From an uncultured bacterium (GTDB lineage Bacteria > Acidobacteriota > Thermoanaerobaculia > Multivoradales > JAHZIX01), in NCBI GenBank assembly GCA_965368975.1, contig CBDUPA010000018.1, forward strand, positions 85,999-149,998: a stretch of 64,000 nucleotides of DNA. Reading direction: 5' to 3'. The notes under the pieces were generated by a model that saw nothing but the letters and a program-made list of their open reading frames with translations, was not told the origin of the DNA and did no database searches. Position 1 is the first letter of the stretch. Every line of letters starts with the position of its first letter. This document shows positions 27,757 through 36,612 of the stretch, piece after piece. Both the position numbers and the translations under genes were made by a program.

Positions 27757-29904
27757 TCAGCGCGGCGTGGCTCCCAGCTCGCGTAGCAACTGTTGTGCCA
27801 TCGCCGGATCGATGCGTCGAAGCAGCTCGATCTGAGCTTCCGCGGCCTGACGGTCGCCACTCTGCAGGTAACCGAGGGCTAGAAAGAAGTGCGGCTCGGG
27901 GCGTTGCGGTTCGAGACGTGTCGCCTCCTTGAGGTAGCGCAGGGCTCCCTGCAGATCGCCGCGATCAGCGAGGACAGTCGCCAGGTTGACGTGCGCCTCG
28001 ACGTGCCGTGAATCCAGCTCCAGGGCGCGACGGTAGCGCGCTTCGGCCTCTTCCAGCCGGCCGGCCTGCACCAGCACGTTGGCCAGGTTGGCGTGTGCGT
28101 TGGCGTAATTCGGGCGTAGCGCCAGCGCTGCCTCATAGGCCTCCAGGGCCTCGTCCAGCCGCCCCTGCGATGCCAGCGTATTGGCCAGGTTGTTGTGTGC
28201 TTCGGCGAGCCTGGAATCCGCGCGCAGGGCCGCCCGAAACTCAGTGACTGCCTCGTTCGGCCGTCCCTGGGCGGCGTAGAGATTCCCCAGATTCAGGTAC
28301 GCTTCAGCGAAGCCGGAATCGATCTCCAGGGTTCGCCGGAAGTGGTGCTCGGCACGGCTGGCCTCGCCGCGCCGGCTGAGGACCAAGCCGAGGTTGTTGT
28401 GTGCTTGCGTGTACAGGGGCCGCAGCTCCAGCGCCGTCTCCAAGTGCCCGATGGCTTCGCCATAGCGCCCCTGGTCGAGCAACTCGGCACCGAGGTTGTT
28501 GTGCATCAAGTAGTTGCCCTCGGTGACCGCGAGCGAGTGGGTGAAGATCGTCTCACTGTTGCGCCAGTGCATCGCTTGCCGGTGGGTCAGCCAGGCCAGC
28601 ACCACCGTCAGGACGAGCGCGGTCACCACGCCGGTCCACCGTAGCCATGAGGGCAGGCCCGGCTCCCTCGTGGCCGCATCCTCTCCGGCCTTGCCATCGA
28701 CGCGTGTCGCAGCCCAACGCGTCGGCAAATCCGCCAACCCCCAGGCTAGGGCTAGCGTCAAGCCGATGAAGGGAACATAGGTGTAGCGGTCGGCCATCGC
28801 CTGCGCACCGACCTGGACCAGGCCGATCACCGGCACCAACGTGCCGAGATACCAGAGCCACCCCACTATCAGGTACGGCCGCGACGTCCGCAGACGCAGC
28901 GCCAGCACCGTCACCGCCACCAGCAGCACCAGGGCTCCAGCAATCTGCCAGGCTGGTGGCATGCCGGGGTGCGGGTAGAAGAGGGACAGGTTCGACGGCC
29001 ACAGGAGCTTGCCCAGGTAGGCGACATAGGTGACGGCAGCATTGGCGATGCGCTCACCGAGGCCGACGCGGTCGACCGCCACGACCGCTCCGCCGGCCTG
29101 CTGCGCCAGCACCGTCACGATGCTGGACACCAGCGTCAAGGCGAACAAGGGCCCCTTCTCCAGCACCCGGGGCAAGAGCTCCTTGAACTCCGTCCAGCGC
29201 TCGATGCGCAGCCGTCCGAGTGGCCACACATCGAGCAACAGCAGCACGAAGGGCAGAGTCACCAGCATCGGCTTGGCTAGCAGGCCGAGCACAAAGCTGG
29301 TGACCAAGAACGCGTAGTGGCGCGCCCCGGGCTTTTCCGTCCAGCGCACGTAGGCGAGCAGCGTCACCATCCAAAACAGGGTGCTCAGCACGTCCTTGCG
29401 CTCGGCCACCCAGGCCACCGACTCGACATGCGTCGGGTGCAGCGCGAACAGCAATGCCACCAGCGTGCTGGGCCACCAAGCAGCCGTCAGCCGCAGCAAC
29501 AGCCACAGCAACACGAGCGCCGAGGCCAAGTGCAGGAGCACATTGGTCAGGTGGTGTCCGCTGGCGTCGAGGCCCCAGATCTCGATATCCAGCATGTGCG
29601 ACAGCCAGGTCAGTGGATGGTAGTTCGAAGCATGAAAACTGGAGAACGCCCAGGCCACACCATCAGCCGTCAAACCACGCTGCACGATGTCGTTCTGGCT
29701 TACGTAGACGGTGTCGTCGAAGGCGATGAAGTCGCCTTCCAGCGCCGGACGATAGGCCAGGAAGGTCACGGCCAGCAGGACCAGCGCGGTGAGCCAGAAA
29801 CGGCGACCGGCCCTGGAAGGCTGGTCCACCGAGGCGGTACCAGAGGTGGTGCGTGGTGTCTGGGTGCGGGAACCGGACTTCTTGGAGGACTTCTTCTTGG
29901 CCAT
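27757..29904 (-). CDS. TMTC-like GT-C glycosyltransferase with C-terminal TPR repeats
   Basis: FDD luminal motif, YHPLT, HPTHVESVAWVAERKDVL, MADRYTYVP, W.NSETIF, about 7 TPRs (AHNNLG/AHNNLA). Confidence 0.85.
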   Translation of the reverse strand: MAKKKSSKKSGSRTQTPRTTSGTASVDQPSRAGRRFWLTALVLLAVTFLAYRPALEGDFIAFDDTVYVSQNDIVQRGLTADGVAWAFSSFHASNYHPLTWLSHMLDIEIWGLDASGHHLTNVLLHLASALVLLWLLLRLTAAWWPSTLVALLFALHPTHVESVAWVAERKDVLSTLFWMVTLLAYVRWTEKPGARHYAFLVTSFVLGLLAKPMLVTLPFVLLLLDVWPLGRLRIERWTEFKELLPRVLEKGPLFALTLVSSIVTVLAQQAGGAVVAVDRVGLGERIANAAVTYVAYLGKLLWPSNLSLFYPHPGMPPAWQIAGALVLLVAVTVLALRLRTSRPYLIVGWLWYLGTLVPVIGLVQVGAQAMADRYTYVPFIGLTLALAWGLADLPTRWAATRVDGKAGEDAATREPGLPSWLRWTGVVTALVLTVVLAWLTHRQAMHWRNSETIFTHSLAVTEGNYLMHNNLGAELLDQGRYGEAIGHLETALELRPLYTQAHNNLGLVLSRRGEASRAEHHFRRTLEIDSGFAEAYLNLGNLYAAQGRPNEAVTEFRAALRADSRLAEAHNNLANTLASQGRLDEALEAYEAALALRPNYANAHANLANVLVQAGRLEEAEARYRRALELDSRHVEAHVNLATVLADRGDLQGALRYLKEATRLEPQRPEPHFFLALGYLQSGDRQAAEAQIELLRRIDPAMAQQLLRELGATPR

Positions 29905-30011
29905 GGGGCGCCATTGTATATCGACGTCCCGTAGATCGACGCCCTGGCCTTCCGGCCACGGCCGACGCTAGAATGACGCAACACATCAACATCTCATGGG
30001 GAGGAAACCTT

Positions 30012-30221
30012 ATGAAGAAACGGAATCGCAAGCTCGCCCTCCACTCCGAGACCTTGCACCACATGAGCGGCCAGCAGCTGCGCGACGCCCAAGGCGCCGT
30101 GGTGCAGATCGGCAACCCGCGGCCGATTTCGGATCCGAAGGTGAGCTGTCTGTGCATGACCACCCCGGAAACCGAGTGCCTATGCGGCGGCAATGAGACC
30201 GTAGTCATCGGAGTCGGCTGA
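30012..30221 (+). CDS. Putative RiPP precursor peptide A (69 aa)
   Basis: GGGGAGG RBS, then MKKRNRKLALHSETLHHMSGQQLRDAQGA-VVQIGNPRPISDPKVSCLCMTTPETECLCGGNETVVIGVG; the track shows this only as the tail of ORF 29853..30221. Confidence 0.75.
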   Translation: MKKRNRKLALHSETLHHMSGQQLRDAQGAVVQIGNPRPISDPKVSCLCMTTPETECLCGGNETVVIGVG

Positions 30222-30222
30222 C

Positions 30223-30810
30223 ATGCCGAGCCACGGTGCAGACCTGACCGCGACGGGCGACACTCTCGCCGACGCCCGGCGACAAGCCTCCTTGAGTGCC
30301 GGTCTCGGCTACCCTTGGCTGCTCGCCTTCGGCTTCACCGTTTCGGTCTGCGCCGTGGCCTCGTTCTTCGTCTCGACACGTCTCGCCGCCTTGATGTTCG
30401 TCTTCCAGGGCGGTGTCGCGTTACCACTCGCCTTCGGCCTGGAACGGGTCTTCGGACTACCGCGCATGGCGCCGGACAATCCGGTCAAACCCCTGATCAT
30501 CCAGGTGGCCAACATCCAGACGCCAGCGCTCCTGGCAGTGCTTTTCTTCTTCTCGCTCGGCCGCCCCGACCTGGTTCCCGCCGCCTTTGCCGCGGTGGCC
30601 GCTGGCCACTTCCTGCCCTACACCTGGCTGCACGAGACGAAGGTCTACATCGCCCTGACTGTAGCGGCTGCATGCCTGCCCTGGGCCCTTACCGTTTGGG
30701 GTGGTGACGGCGGCTACCGCCTGGGCATCGTCGCCCTGGCGATCGTCTACTTACTCACCGCCCTGGTGCTCTACTTCCAGTACCGGCAGCGCAGCCGGCA
30801 AGTCGACTGA
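30223..30810 (+). CDS. Integral membrane protein (about 6 TM, DUF7010-like)
   Basis: Hydrophobic throughout; DNPVKPL and GHFLPYTWLHET motifs; starts 1 nt after the peptide A stop. Confidence 0.7.
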   Translation: MPSHGADLTATGDTLADARRQASLSAGLGYPWLLAFGFTVSVCAVASFFVSTRLAALMFVFQGGVALPLAFGLERVFGLPRMAPDNPVKPLIIQVANIQTPALLAVLFFFSLGRPDLVPAAFAAVAAGHFLPYTWLHETKVYIALTVAAACLPWALTVWGGDGGYRLGIVALAIVYLLTALVLYFQYRQRSRQVD

Positions 30811-30829
30811 TCCAGTCACGAGGCCCATC

Positions 30830-31822
30830 ATGAAGATTCACTGCTCCCTTTGGCTGCACCGTCTCCTCCTCCTCGGACTCGTCGCCGGGATGCTCGGCAC
30901 CAACGCTTGCGGATCCGAGGCCCCAGAAGCCGAGTCTCCGGAGAGCACTGAGTCTCCGGAGAGCACCGAGTCGATACCCAGTACCGAACAACCACCCGAG
31001 ACAGCCCGCACCGAGACGGGCGCCCACCTGACCCAGGCCGCCGACGGACTGCCGATCGCTTTCGAAGACCGTGGCGAGGGCGACACCACTCTGGTCTTCG
31101 TTCACTGCTGGGCCTGCAGCCGCCACATCTGGGATGCTCAGATGGACGCCTTCGACGGCGACTACCGTGTCGTCGCCATCGACCTGGGGGGTCACGGGGA
31201 GTCCGGCCGCGACCGCGAGACCTGGACCCTCGACAGTCTGGCCGGCGACGTCGAGGCGGTGGTCGAGCACCTCGGCCTGGAACGCGTGATCTTGGTCGGC
31301 CACTCGATGGGCGGACCGGTGGCCCTGGCTTCGATTCCGCGCCTCGACGCCGAAGTCATCGGCCTGATCCCCGTCGATACCCTGCAGAATGTCGAATCGC
31401 AGTGGCCACCGGAAGCCGCGCGGCAACTGGTCGGTCAGTTCGAAGCCGACTACGAGGGCACGATGCGTCGGATGATGCCGGCCATGTTCCCCGCCTCCGC
31501 GGATCCCGAAATCGTCGAAGGCATCGTCCAGCAAGCCCTCGCCGCCGATCATGCTGCAGCCATGGCCCTGCTGCTGGACTTCCCACGGTTGGAGCTGCCA
31601 GCCATGATGCAAGCGGCCGGCGTCAGGGTCCGGGCGATCAACGCCGAACCGTATTCCGAAGCCAGCCTGGTGACGGCGGTCGAGGTGAACCAGAGGTACG
31701 CTGACTACGACGTCCGCATGATGGACGGTGTCGGGCACTTCCTGCAGGTGGAATCCCCCGACACCTTCAATGAGCGGCTACGCGAGACGCTGGCGGAGTT
31801 GACGTCGAGCCAAGAGCCCTGA
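30830..31822 (+). CDS. Alpha/beta-hydrolase lipoprotein
   Basis: Signal peptide with TNAC lipobox, ESPEST linker repeats, DLGGHGES, GHSMGG nucleophile elbow, GVGHF. Confidence 0.88.
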   Translation: MKIHCSLWLHRLLLLGLVAGMLGTNACGSEAPEAESPESTESPESTESIPSTEQPPETARTETGAHLTQAADGLPIAFEDRGEGDTTLVFVHCWACSRHIWDAQMDAFDGDYRVVAIDLGGHGESGRDRETWTLDSLAGDVEAVVEHLGLERVILVGHSMGGPVALASIPRLDAEVIGLIPVDTLQNVESQWPPEAARQLVGQFEADYEGTMRRMMPAMFPASADPEIVEGIVQQALAADHAAAMALLLDFPRLELPAMMQAAGVRVRAINAEPYSEASLVTAVEVNQRYADYDVRMMDGVGHFLQVESPDTFNERLRETLAELTSSQEP

Positions 31823-31885
31823 AGCCTTCTTCGCCAACAGTCAGGCGATTACTTCATCTCCAAGAACGAAACAGACGTCCTCCGC

Positions 31886-32041
31886 TCAGAATCCGATGTC
31901 GTCTTGGATAACGACACAGGTAACGCAAGTGTTACACCCAGACAGCGGGGTGCTCTCGTCACCACCACCTGCGTGGCGTAGAGCCTTGTCTTCTAGAAGG
32001 ACCAGTGTTTCCCGATGCAGCTTCAGTTTGCGAGCCTTCAT
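31886..32041 (-). CDS. Putative RiPP precursor peptide B (51 aa, below the ORF-track cutoff)
   Basis: AAAGGAG RBS; translated by hand as MKARKLKLHRETLVLLEDKALRHAGGG-DESTPLSGCNTCVTCVVIQDDIGF*; leader homologous to peptide A. Confidence 0.8.
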   Translation of the reverse strand: MKARKLKLHRETLVLLEDKALRHAGGGDESTPLSGCNTCVTCVVIQDDIGF

Positions 32042-32066
32042 CTCAACTCTCCTTTGACTTCCTAGC

Positions 32067-32108
32067 GACAGAATTATAACGCTTGCTCAAGAACAGCTCA
32101 ATTCTGTC
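32067..32108 (-). promoter_or_regulatory. Sigma70 promoter of peptide B enclosed by a 9-bp inverted repeat
   Basis: Minus strand TTGAGC (32101-32096), 17 nt, TATAAT (32078-32073); flanked by GACAGAATT (32067-32075) and AATTCTGTC (32100-32108). Confidence 0.7.
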
Positions 32109-33087
32109 ACATCAATAGTTTCAGCGCACCCGCCAGCACCTCGACCTCGACATCGCCCGCCAGCACGGCTTCGCCATCGACTTCGAGGGGTGGAAACGGG
32201 ATTCGTGGCTGCAACCGTACCCTAGTCGCCTTGGCGAAACGAACGCCGGGCACACCGAGGTGGGTCCCGAAGTAGAGGCGCGGCAAGTACAGCGGCAGTT
32301 TCCAGCGCGGGATCGCGGGCACCAGCACGACATCCATGAGGCCATCGTCCAGCTCGGCATCGGGAGCGATCTTCATGCCATTGCCGAAATAGCGACCGTT
32401 GGCCATGGCCAGCAGCAGCAGATCGCCGTCGTACCAAGGCTCGCCTGCTGCCGGGTCCAGGCCCGGCCCCTCGACGTCGACGCGGCACGGCAGCGGTCCA
32501 AAGCGCCACAGCGCACTCAACGTCGCCCGCAAGAAGACGTCCGGACCCCGGCGCGGTTGCGCGTTGACGGCACCGCAGACCAGGCCCGAGAGGCCGGCGG
32601 AAGCGGTGTTGACGGCGTGCTCGACGAGGGTGCTTCCTGTGCCATCCTGTGCGGTGATGCGCAGCAGGTCGACGGCCCGCGGCTGAGCGCGCATGACGTG
32701 AGCCAGGGCATCCAGCGGCCGCTTGGGCAATCCGAGAAACCGCGCCAGATCGCTGCCCGTGCCGGCAGGGATCAGCCCAAGCGCAATGTCCGTGGCACGG
32801 CCGCTGCGCAGCAGCTCGTTGACCACCAGGTGCAAGGTGCCATCGCCACCGACGGAAAGCACACGCTCGACTCTCGGTGTGCTCTCGGATGGGGTCAGCG
32901 CGGCGTCGAGGAGCTGGCGCGCTTCGGCTTCGTCCTTGGCGAAGATCACGTGTGCGGCTTTGAGCGCCGGCTGCGCCAGCTGCAGCTCATGCCACAGCTT
33001 GGCGGCCCGTCCGCCACCCGCGGCGGGATTGGCGAAGACGACCGTCGACCGGAAGTCAGAAGGCGAGTTCACGTCGACGCTACCCAA
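32107..33087 (-). CDS. Diacylglycerol/lipid kinase family protein (YegS/DgkB-like)
   Basis: NPAAGGG, VGGDGT, IPAGTGSDLAR, NGRYFGNG, DDGLMDV, EVDGE. Confidence 0.9.
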   Translation of the reverse strand: MGSVDVNSPSDFRSTVVFANPAAGGGRAAKLWHELQLAQPALKAAHVIFAKDEAEARQLLDAALTPSESTPRVERVLSVGGDGTLHLVVNELLRSGRATDIALGLIPAGTGSDLARFLGLPKRPLDALAHVMRAQPRAVDLLRITAQDGTGSTLVEHAVNTASAGLSGLVCGAVNAQPRRGPDVFLRATLSALWRFGPLPCRVDVEGPGLDPAAGEPWYDGDLLLLAMANGRYFGNGMKIAPDAELDDGLMDVVLVPAIPRWKLPLYLPRLYFGTHLGVPGVRFAKATRVRLQPRIPFPPLEVDGEAVLAGDVEVEVLAGALKLLM

Positions 33088-33096
33088 CGATGGCCC

Positions 33097-33438
33097 TCAG
33101 AGGTAGCGCACGAAGCGGTTGTACTCATCAACCAGGATGGCGGTCGGCTCGATCGGCTTGTCGGTCAGCTCGAAGCCGATGATGATGATTTCTTCGCCCG
33201 CCCTGATCAGGTGCGCCGCGGCCCCGTTCATGCAGATCTTGCCCGAGCCACGCTCACCGAGGATGACGTAGGTTTCGAGCCGGGAACCGGAAGTGTTGCT
33301 CACCACCAGCACGCGCTCGCCCTCCCAGAGACCCGACTTCTCCACCAGCTCTGCATCGATGGTGATGCTGCCAATGTAGTTCAGGTCCGCCTCGGTGACG
33401 GTGGCTTTGTGAATTTTCGATCGATACAACCAGCGCAT
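33097..33438 (-). CDS. panD: Aspartate 1-decarboxylase
   Basis: SKIHKATVT, YIGSITID (G-S cleavage site), RLETYVI, NGAAAH. Confidence 0.96.
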   Translation of the reverse strand: MRWLYRSKIHKATVTEADLNYIGSITIDAELVEKSGLWEGERVLVVSNTSGSRLETYVILGERGSGKICMNGAAAHLIRAGEEIIIIGFELTDKPIEPTAILVDEYNRFVRYL

Positions 33439-33444
33439 GAAGGG

Positions 33445-34392
33445 CTACGGCTCCTCCGTCGGACCTGTCGTGTCAGCGGCTCCGCTCTCTTCGCCCGACC
33501 CGCTGTCTTCGGCCGAGAGGGAGTTCTCCGCCGGCAGATCGAGGACCAAGAGGTTATCAATCAAGCGGGTCGAACCGAAGTAGGCGGCCATCGACAGCAG
33601 CGCTCCACCGTTGCCGACGTGCTCCAGCTCCCGCAACGTGCGCGGATCGGCAACGCTGGCGTAGTCGAGCTGAGCTAGAGGTTCGTCCTCGATAGGCGTG
33701 CTCAGCCGCCGGCGCAGCGAGTCTCCCTCGCGCTCGCCGGCACGCAGCGCACCCGCGGTGGCCACCAGCGCCTGGTGAATCACCGGCGCCGCGGCTCGCT
33801 GTGCAGGCGTCAGCAAGGCGTTGCGTGAACTCATCGCCAGACCATCGCTCTCGCGGATCGTCGGACAGACCACGATCTCCAGCGGCAGCCCCAGGTCCTC
33901 GACCACGGTACTGACCACCACACACTGCTGTGCGTCCTTCTGCCCGAAGTACGCGCGATCCGGCTGCAGGACCATGAACAGCTTGGTCACGACGGTCGCG
34001 ACCCCCCGGAAGTGCCCAGGGCGCGACGCGCCCTCAAGCGGCACCGATGCGTCCTCGACCTCGACCCAGGTCTGGTAGCCCGGTGGATACATGCTCTCCG
34101 GCGTCGGCGTGAATACCAGGTCGACACCAGCATCGCGCAGCTTGTCGAGATCGCGATCGAGATCGCGGGGGTAGCTATCGAGGTCTTCCGGCCGATTGAA
34201 TTGCGCCGGGTTGACGAAGATGCTCACCGCGACACGGTCGTTCTCGGCGCACGCGCGGGCCACCAGCGCCAGGTGACCTTCGTGCAGGAAGCCCATGGTC
34301 GGGATGAGTCCCCAGGTTTCGCCGCCGGTACGGCGGCGGTGGACGATCCCCAGGTGACGGTGAATCTCGGCGATGTCAGCGCTGACCAACAT
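33445..34392 (-). CDS. panC: Pantoate--beta-alanine ligase
   Basis: PTMGFLHEGH, SIFVNPAQF, RPGHFRGV, YFGQKDAQQ, DGLAMSSRN, RLIDN. Confidence 0.96.
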   Translation of the reverse strand: MLVSADIAEIHRHLGIVHRRRTGGETWGLIPTMGFLHEGHLALVARACAENDRVAVSIFVNPAQFNRPEDLDSYPRDLDRDLDKLRDAGVDLVFTPTPESMYPPGYQTWVEVEDASVPLEGASRPGHFRGVATVVTKLFMVLQPDRAYFGQKDAQQCVVVSTVVEDLGLPLEIVVCPTIRESDGLAMSSRNALLTPAQRAAAPVIHQALVATAGALRAGEREGDSLRRRLSTPIEDEPLAQLDYASVADPRTLRELEHVGNGGALLSMAAYFGSTRLIDNLLVLDLPAENSLSAEDSGSGEESGAADTTGPTEEP

Positions 34393-34495
34393 GGCGTCGT
34401 GCGGTCCTTTCCGGCTCAGGTCGAGTTTCTTGGCTGCAGCGTGCCGAGGGCGGCCGCGCAGCTACGGAGCCACGGTATCGAGTGCAGGGCCGAGT

Positions 34496-35590
34496 CTACC
34501 CTGCCCGCAGCTCCAGCTGTCGACGCAACCAGTGCAGATCCTCGACGCCCTGGCTCCAAGCCGTCGCCGCCTGCAACGCTTCTTGCCAGGCAGATACCGC
34601 CACAGGCTCGCCAGCCTCGGCGGCCCGCATCAGTCGTGTCAGCAGTTCGTTGAGCGGCGCGCGCACCCCATGGCGCGATGCTTCCAGGGCAACTGCACCG
34701 TTGATCACGTCGACCTCCGTCTGCCGGCCTGCGGTCAAGTCCTGCAGCATCGACCCTCGGTTGCCCGCAGTCGCGCGACAGACCTCGACCGCCCGCTCGA
34801 CCCCGTCGAAAGGCAGCTCGACGCCCACCGCGGCCGCCACCACCTCGACCTCCCACGCAACCCGGCGCAGCAAGCGTTCAGCGGGTGCTGTGGCCAACAG
34901 CACCCCGTTCGGCCGGCCGAGCAGCGCCGCCAGCGGATTGATCGCCGCATTCACCGCCAGCTTGCCCCACAACAATCCATCCGCGTTGTCGACACAGGCG
35001 GTCGGCAAGCCGGCACGGTTGAACACCTCGGCGACCTGCCGCAGTTGCGGTGCCAGAGCACCCGGCCCCGCCAGCTGCGTCAACCCTTCGCCAGCATGCC
35101 GCACTATCCCCGGCTCGACGACGTGTGCCCCTTGCGTGGTCACGCCGAGCGCCGCTCGCGAAGCGCCCACGGCCTCGGCCAGGTGTGCCAGGTTTCCCAG
35201 GCCATTCTGCAGCGTCACTGCTACCGCGGCGCCTTCCGTTGGATCTAGATAGTGGTGCACCCAGCGCACCGCGGCGGCCGTGCCGGCGCTCTTGACCGCG
35301 ACCAATACCAGCTGCGCCGGTGCCAGGGTCTCCCCCGGGGCCGCGACGCTCAGGCCTGTGACACCAGACTCTGATCCCAGCTCCACCAGGGGTTGCACGT
35401 CGCGCCCACCCGCCGGATCGATCAGCGTCAAGCCCGAGCGCCGCAGCGCGATCACTTGCTGCGGCCAGCGCCCGACCAGGGTCACCGGCAGGTAGCATGC
35501 CAGCTTGCCGCCGAAGAGACACGCCAGCGAACCGACGCCGACGATCACGACGCGTTGGATGCGGAAGGGCTCCTCGGCGTCCGCGCTCAC
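34496..35590 (-). CDS. panE: 2-dehydropantoate 2-reductase
   Basis: GVGSLA, AVKS, LQNGLG, WGKLAVNAAINPL, SMLQD...GRQTEVDVING; lies within the pan operon. Confidence 0.9.
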   Translation of the reverse strand: MSADAEEPFRIQRVVIVGVGSLACLFGGKLACYLPVTLVGRWPQQVIALRRSGLTLIDPAGGRDVQPLVELGSESGVTGLSVAAPGETLAPAQLVLVAVKSAGTAAAVRWVHHYLDPTEGAAVAVTLQNGLGNLAHLAEAVGASRAALGVTTQGAHVVEPGIVRHAGEGLTQLAGPGALAPQLRQVAEVFNRAGLPTACVDNADGLLWGKLAVNAAINPLAALLGRPNGVLLATAPAERLLRRVAWEVEVVAAAVGVELPFDGVERAVEVCRATAGNRGSMLQDLTAGRQTEVDVINGAVALEASRHGVRAPLNELLTRLMRAAEAGEPVAVSAWQEALQAATAWSQGVEDLHWLRRQLELRAG

Positions 35591-36528
35591 GAGTCGGTAG
35601 CGATACCCAGTGCCGCCGCCACTGCCGCGGGATCCTGAGCCTCGACCTCCTCCAGGTGGCGCTGGAAATCTTCCAGCTCAGCCTGGGCCATCGGGTAGGT
35701 GTGCTCCGAGGCCGGGAACCGCCGCTGCTCGACATCTTCCCGGTACTGCCCCAGCGCCTCGACCACCGTCTGCGCCAAGTTCGCGTAGCGTTTCAGGAAG
35801 CGGGGCGTGAACTCGTCCTGCAAACCCAGCAGGTCGTGATAGACCAGGACCTGACCATCACAGCCGGCGCCGGCGCCGATACCGATGGTCGGGATCGCCA
35901 ACCGCTGACTGATCGCCGCTGCCACCGGTGACGGCACCATTTCCAGAACCACCGCGAAGCAACCCGCCCGCTCCAACGCCAGCGCGTCGCGTAGCAGGAT
36001 CCGTGCTTCCTCCGCCGTGCGTCCCTGGACACGATTGCCACCCAGCTTGGACACCGCCTGCGGTGTGAAACCGATGTGCCCCATCACCGCGATACCCGCG
36101 TCTGCCACAGCACGCACCGTGGGTACCATCGCTCGCCCGCCTTCCAGCTTCACCGCTTCCATGCCGCCCTCCTTGAGCAGCCGGCCGGCGTTGCGCACGG
36201 CCTCAGCATGGTCCGTCTGGTAGCTCAGGAACGGCAGGTCACCGACGCGAAAGGCGAAGCGCGCGCCCAGGCTCACCGCTCGGCAATGGTGCACCATCTC
36301 ATCCATGGTCACACCGACCGTCGACGTCCGCCCCAGCACCACTTGCCCGAGCGAGTCACCGACCAGAAGCAGGTCGATGCCGGCTCGGTCAGCGAGTTGC
36401 GCCGAACTGACGTCATAGGCGGTGACGGCACTGATCGGCTGCTGCCGCTGCTTCTTGCGTTGCAGCGTCAGGATGCTCGTCTTGCGGCGGCCGGCGGGGT
36501 CACTCTCGGGGGCTTGGTGGGCAGACAT
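35587..36528 (-). CDS. panB: 3-methyl-2-oxobutanoate hydroxymethyltransferase
   Basis: TAYD, LLVGDSLG, DLPFLSY, VKLEGG, GHIGFTPQ, TIGIGAG..CDGQVLV. Confidence 0.97.
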   Translation of the reverse strand: MSAHQAPESDPAGRRKTSILTLQRKKQRQQPISAVTAYDVSSAQLADRAGIDLLLVGDSLGQVVLGRTSTVGVTMDEMVHHCRAVSLGARFAFRVGDLPFLSYQTDHAEAVRNAGRLLKEGGMEAVKLEGGRAMVPTVRAVADAGIAVMGHIGFTPQAVSKLGGNRVQGRTAEEARILLRDALALERAGCFAVVLEMVPSPVAAAISQRLAIPTIGIGAGAGCDGQVLVYHDLLGLQDEFTPRFLKRYANLAQTVVEALGQYREDVEQRRFPASEHTYPMAQAELEDFQRHLEEVEAQDPAAVAAALGIATDS

Positions 36529-36612
36529 GGGTTTCTCCGCAGCGAGTATACCCCCTCCAGAACCTCTACGTTCGCCCTGCCGGAGTCAATGCGAAGGAGC
36601 CGGCTCGTACCC

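Noticed and set aside
30932-30975. 18-bp repeat encoding ESPEST in the hydrolase
   Set aside because: Ordinary low-complexity lipoprotein tether.
33097-36528. pan operon as a dedicated part of the NRPS cluster (phosphopantetheine supply)
   Set aside because: It lies 14 kb away with unrelated genes in between and is an ordinary housekeeping operon.
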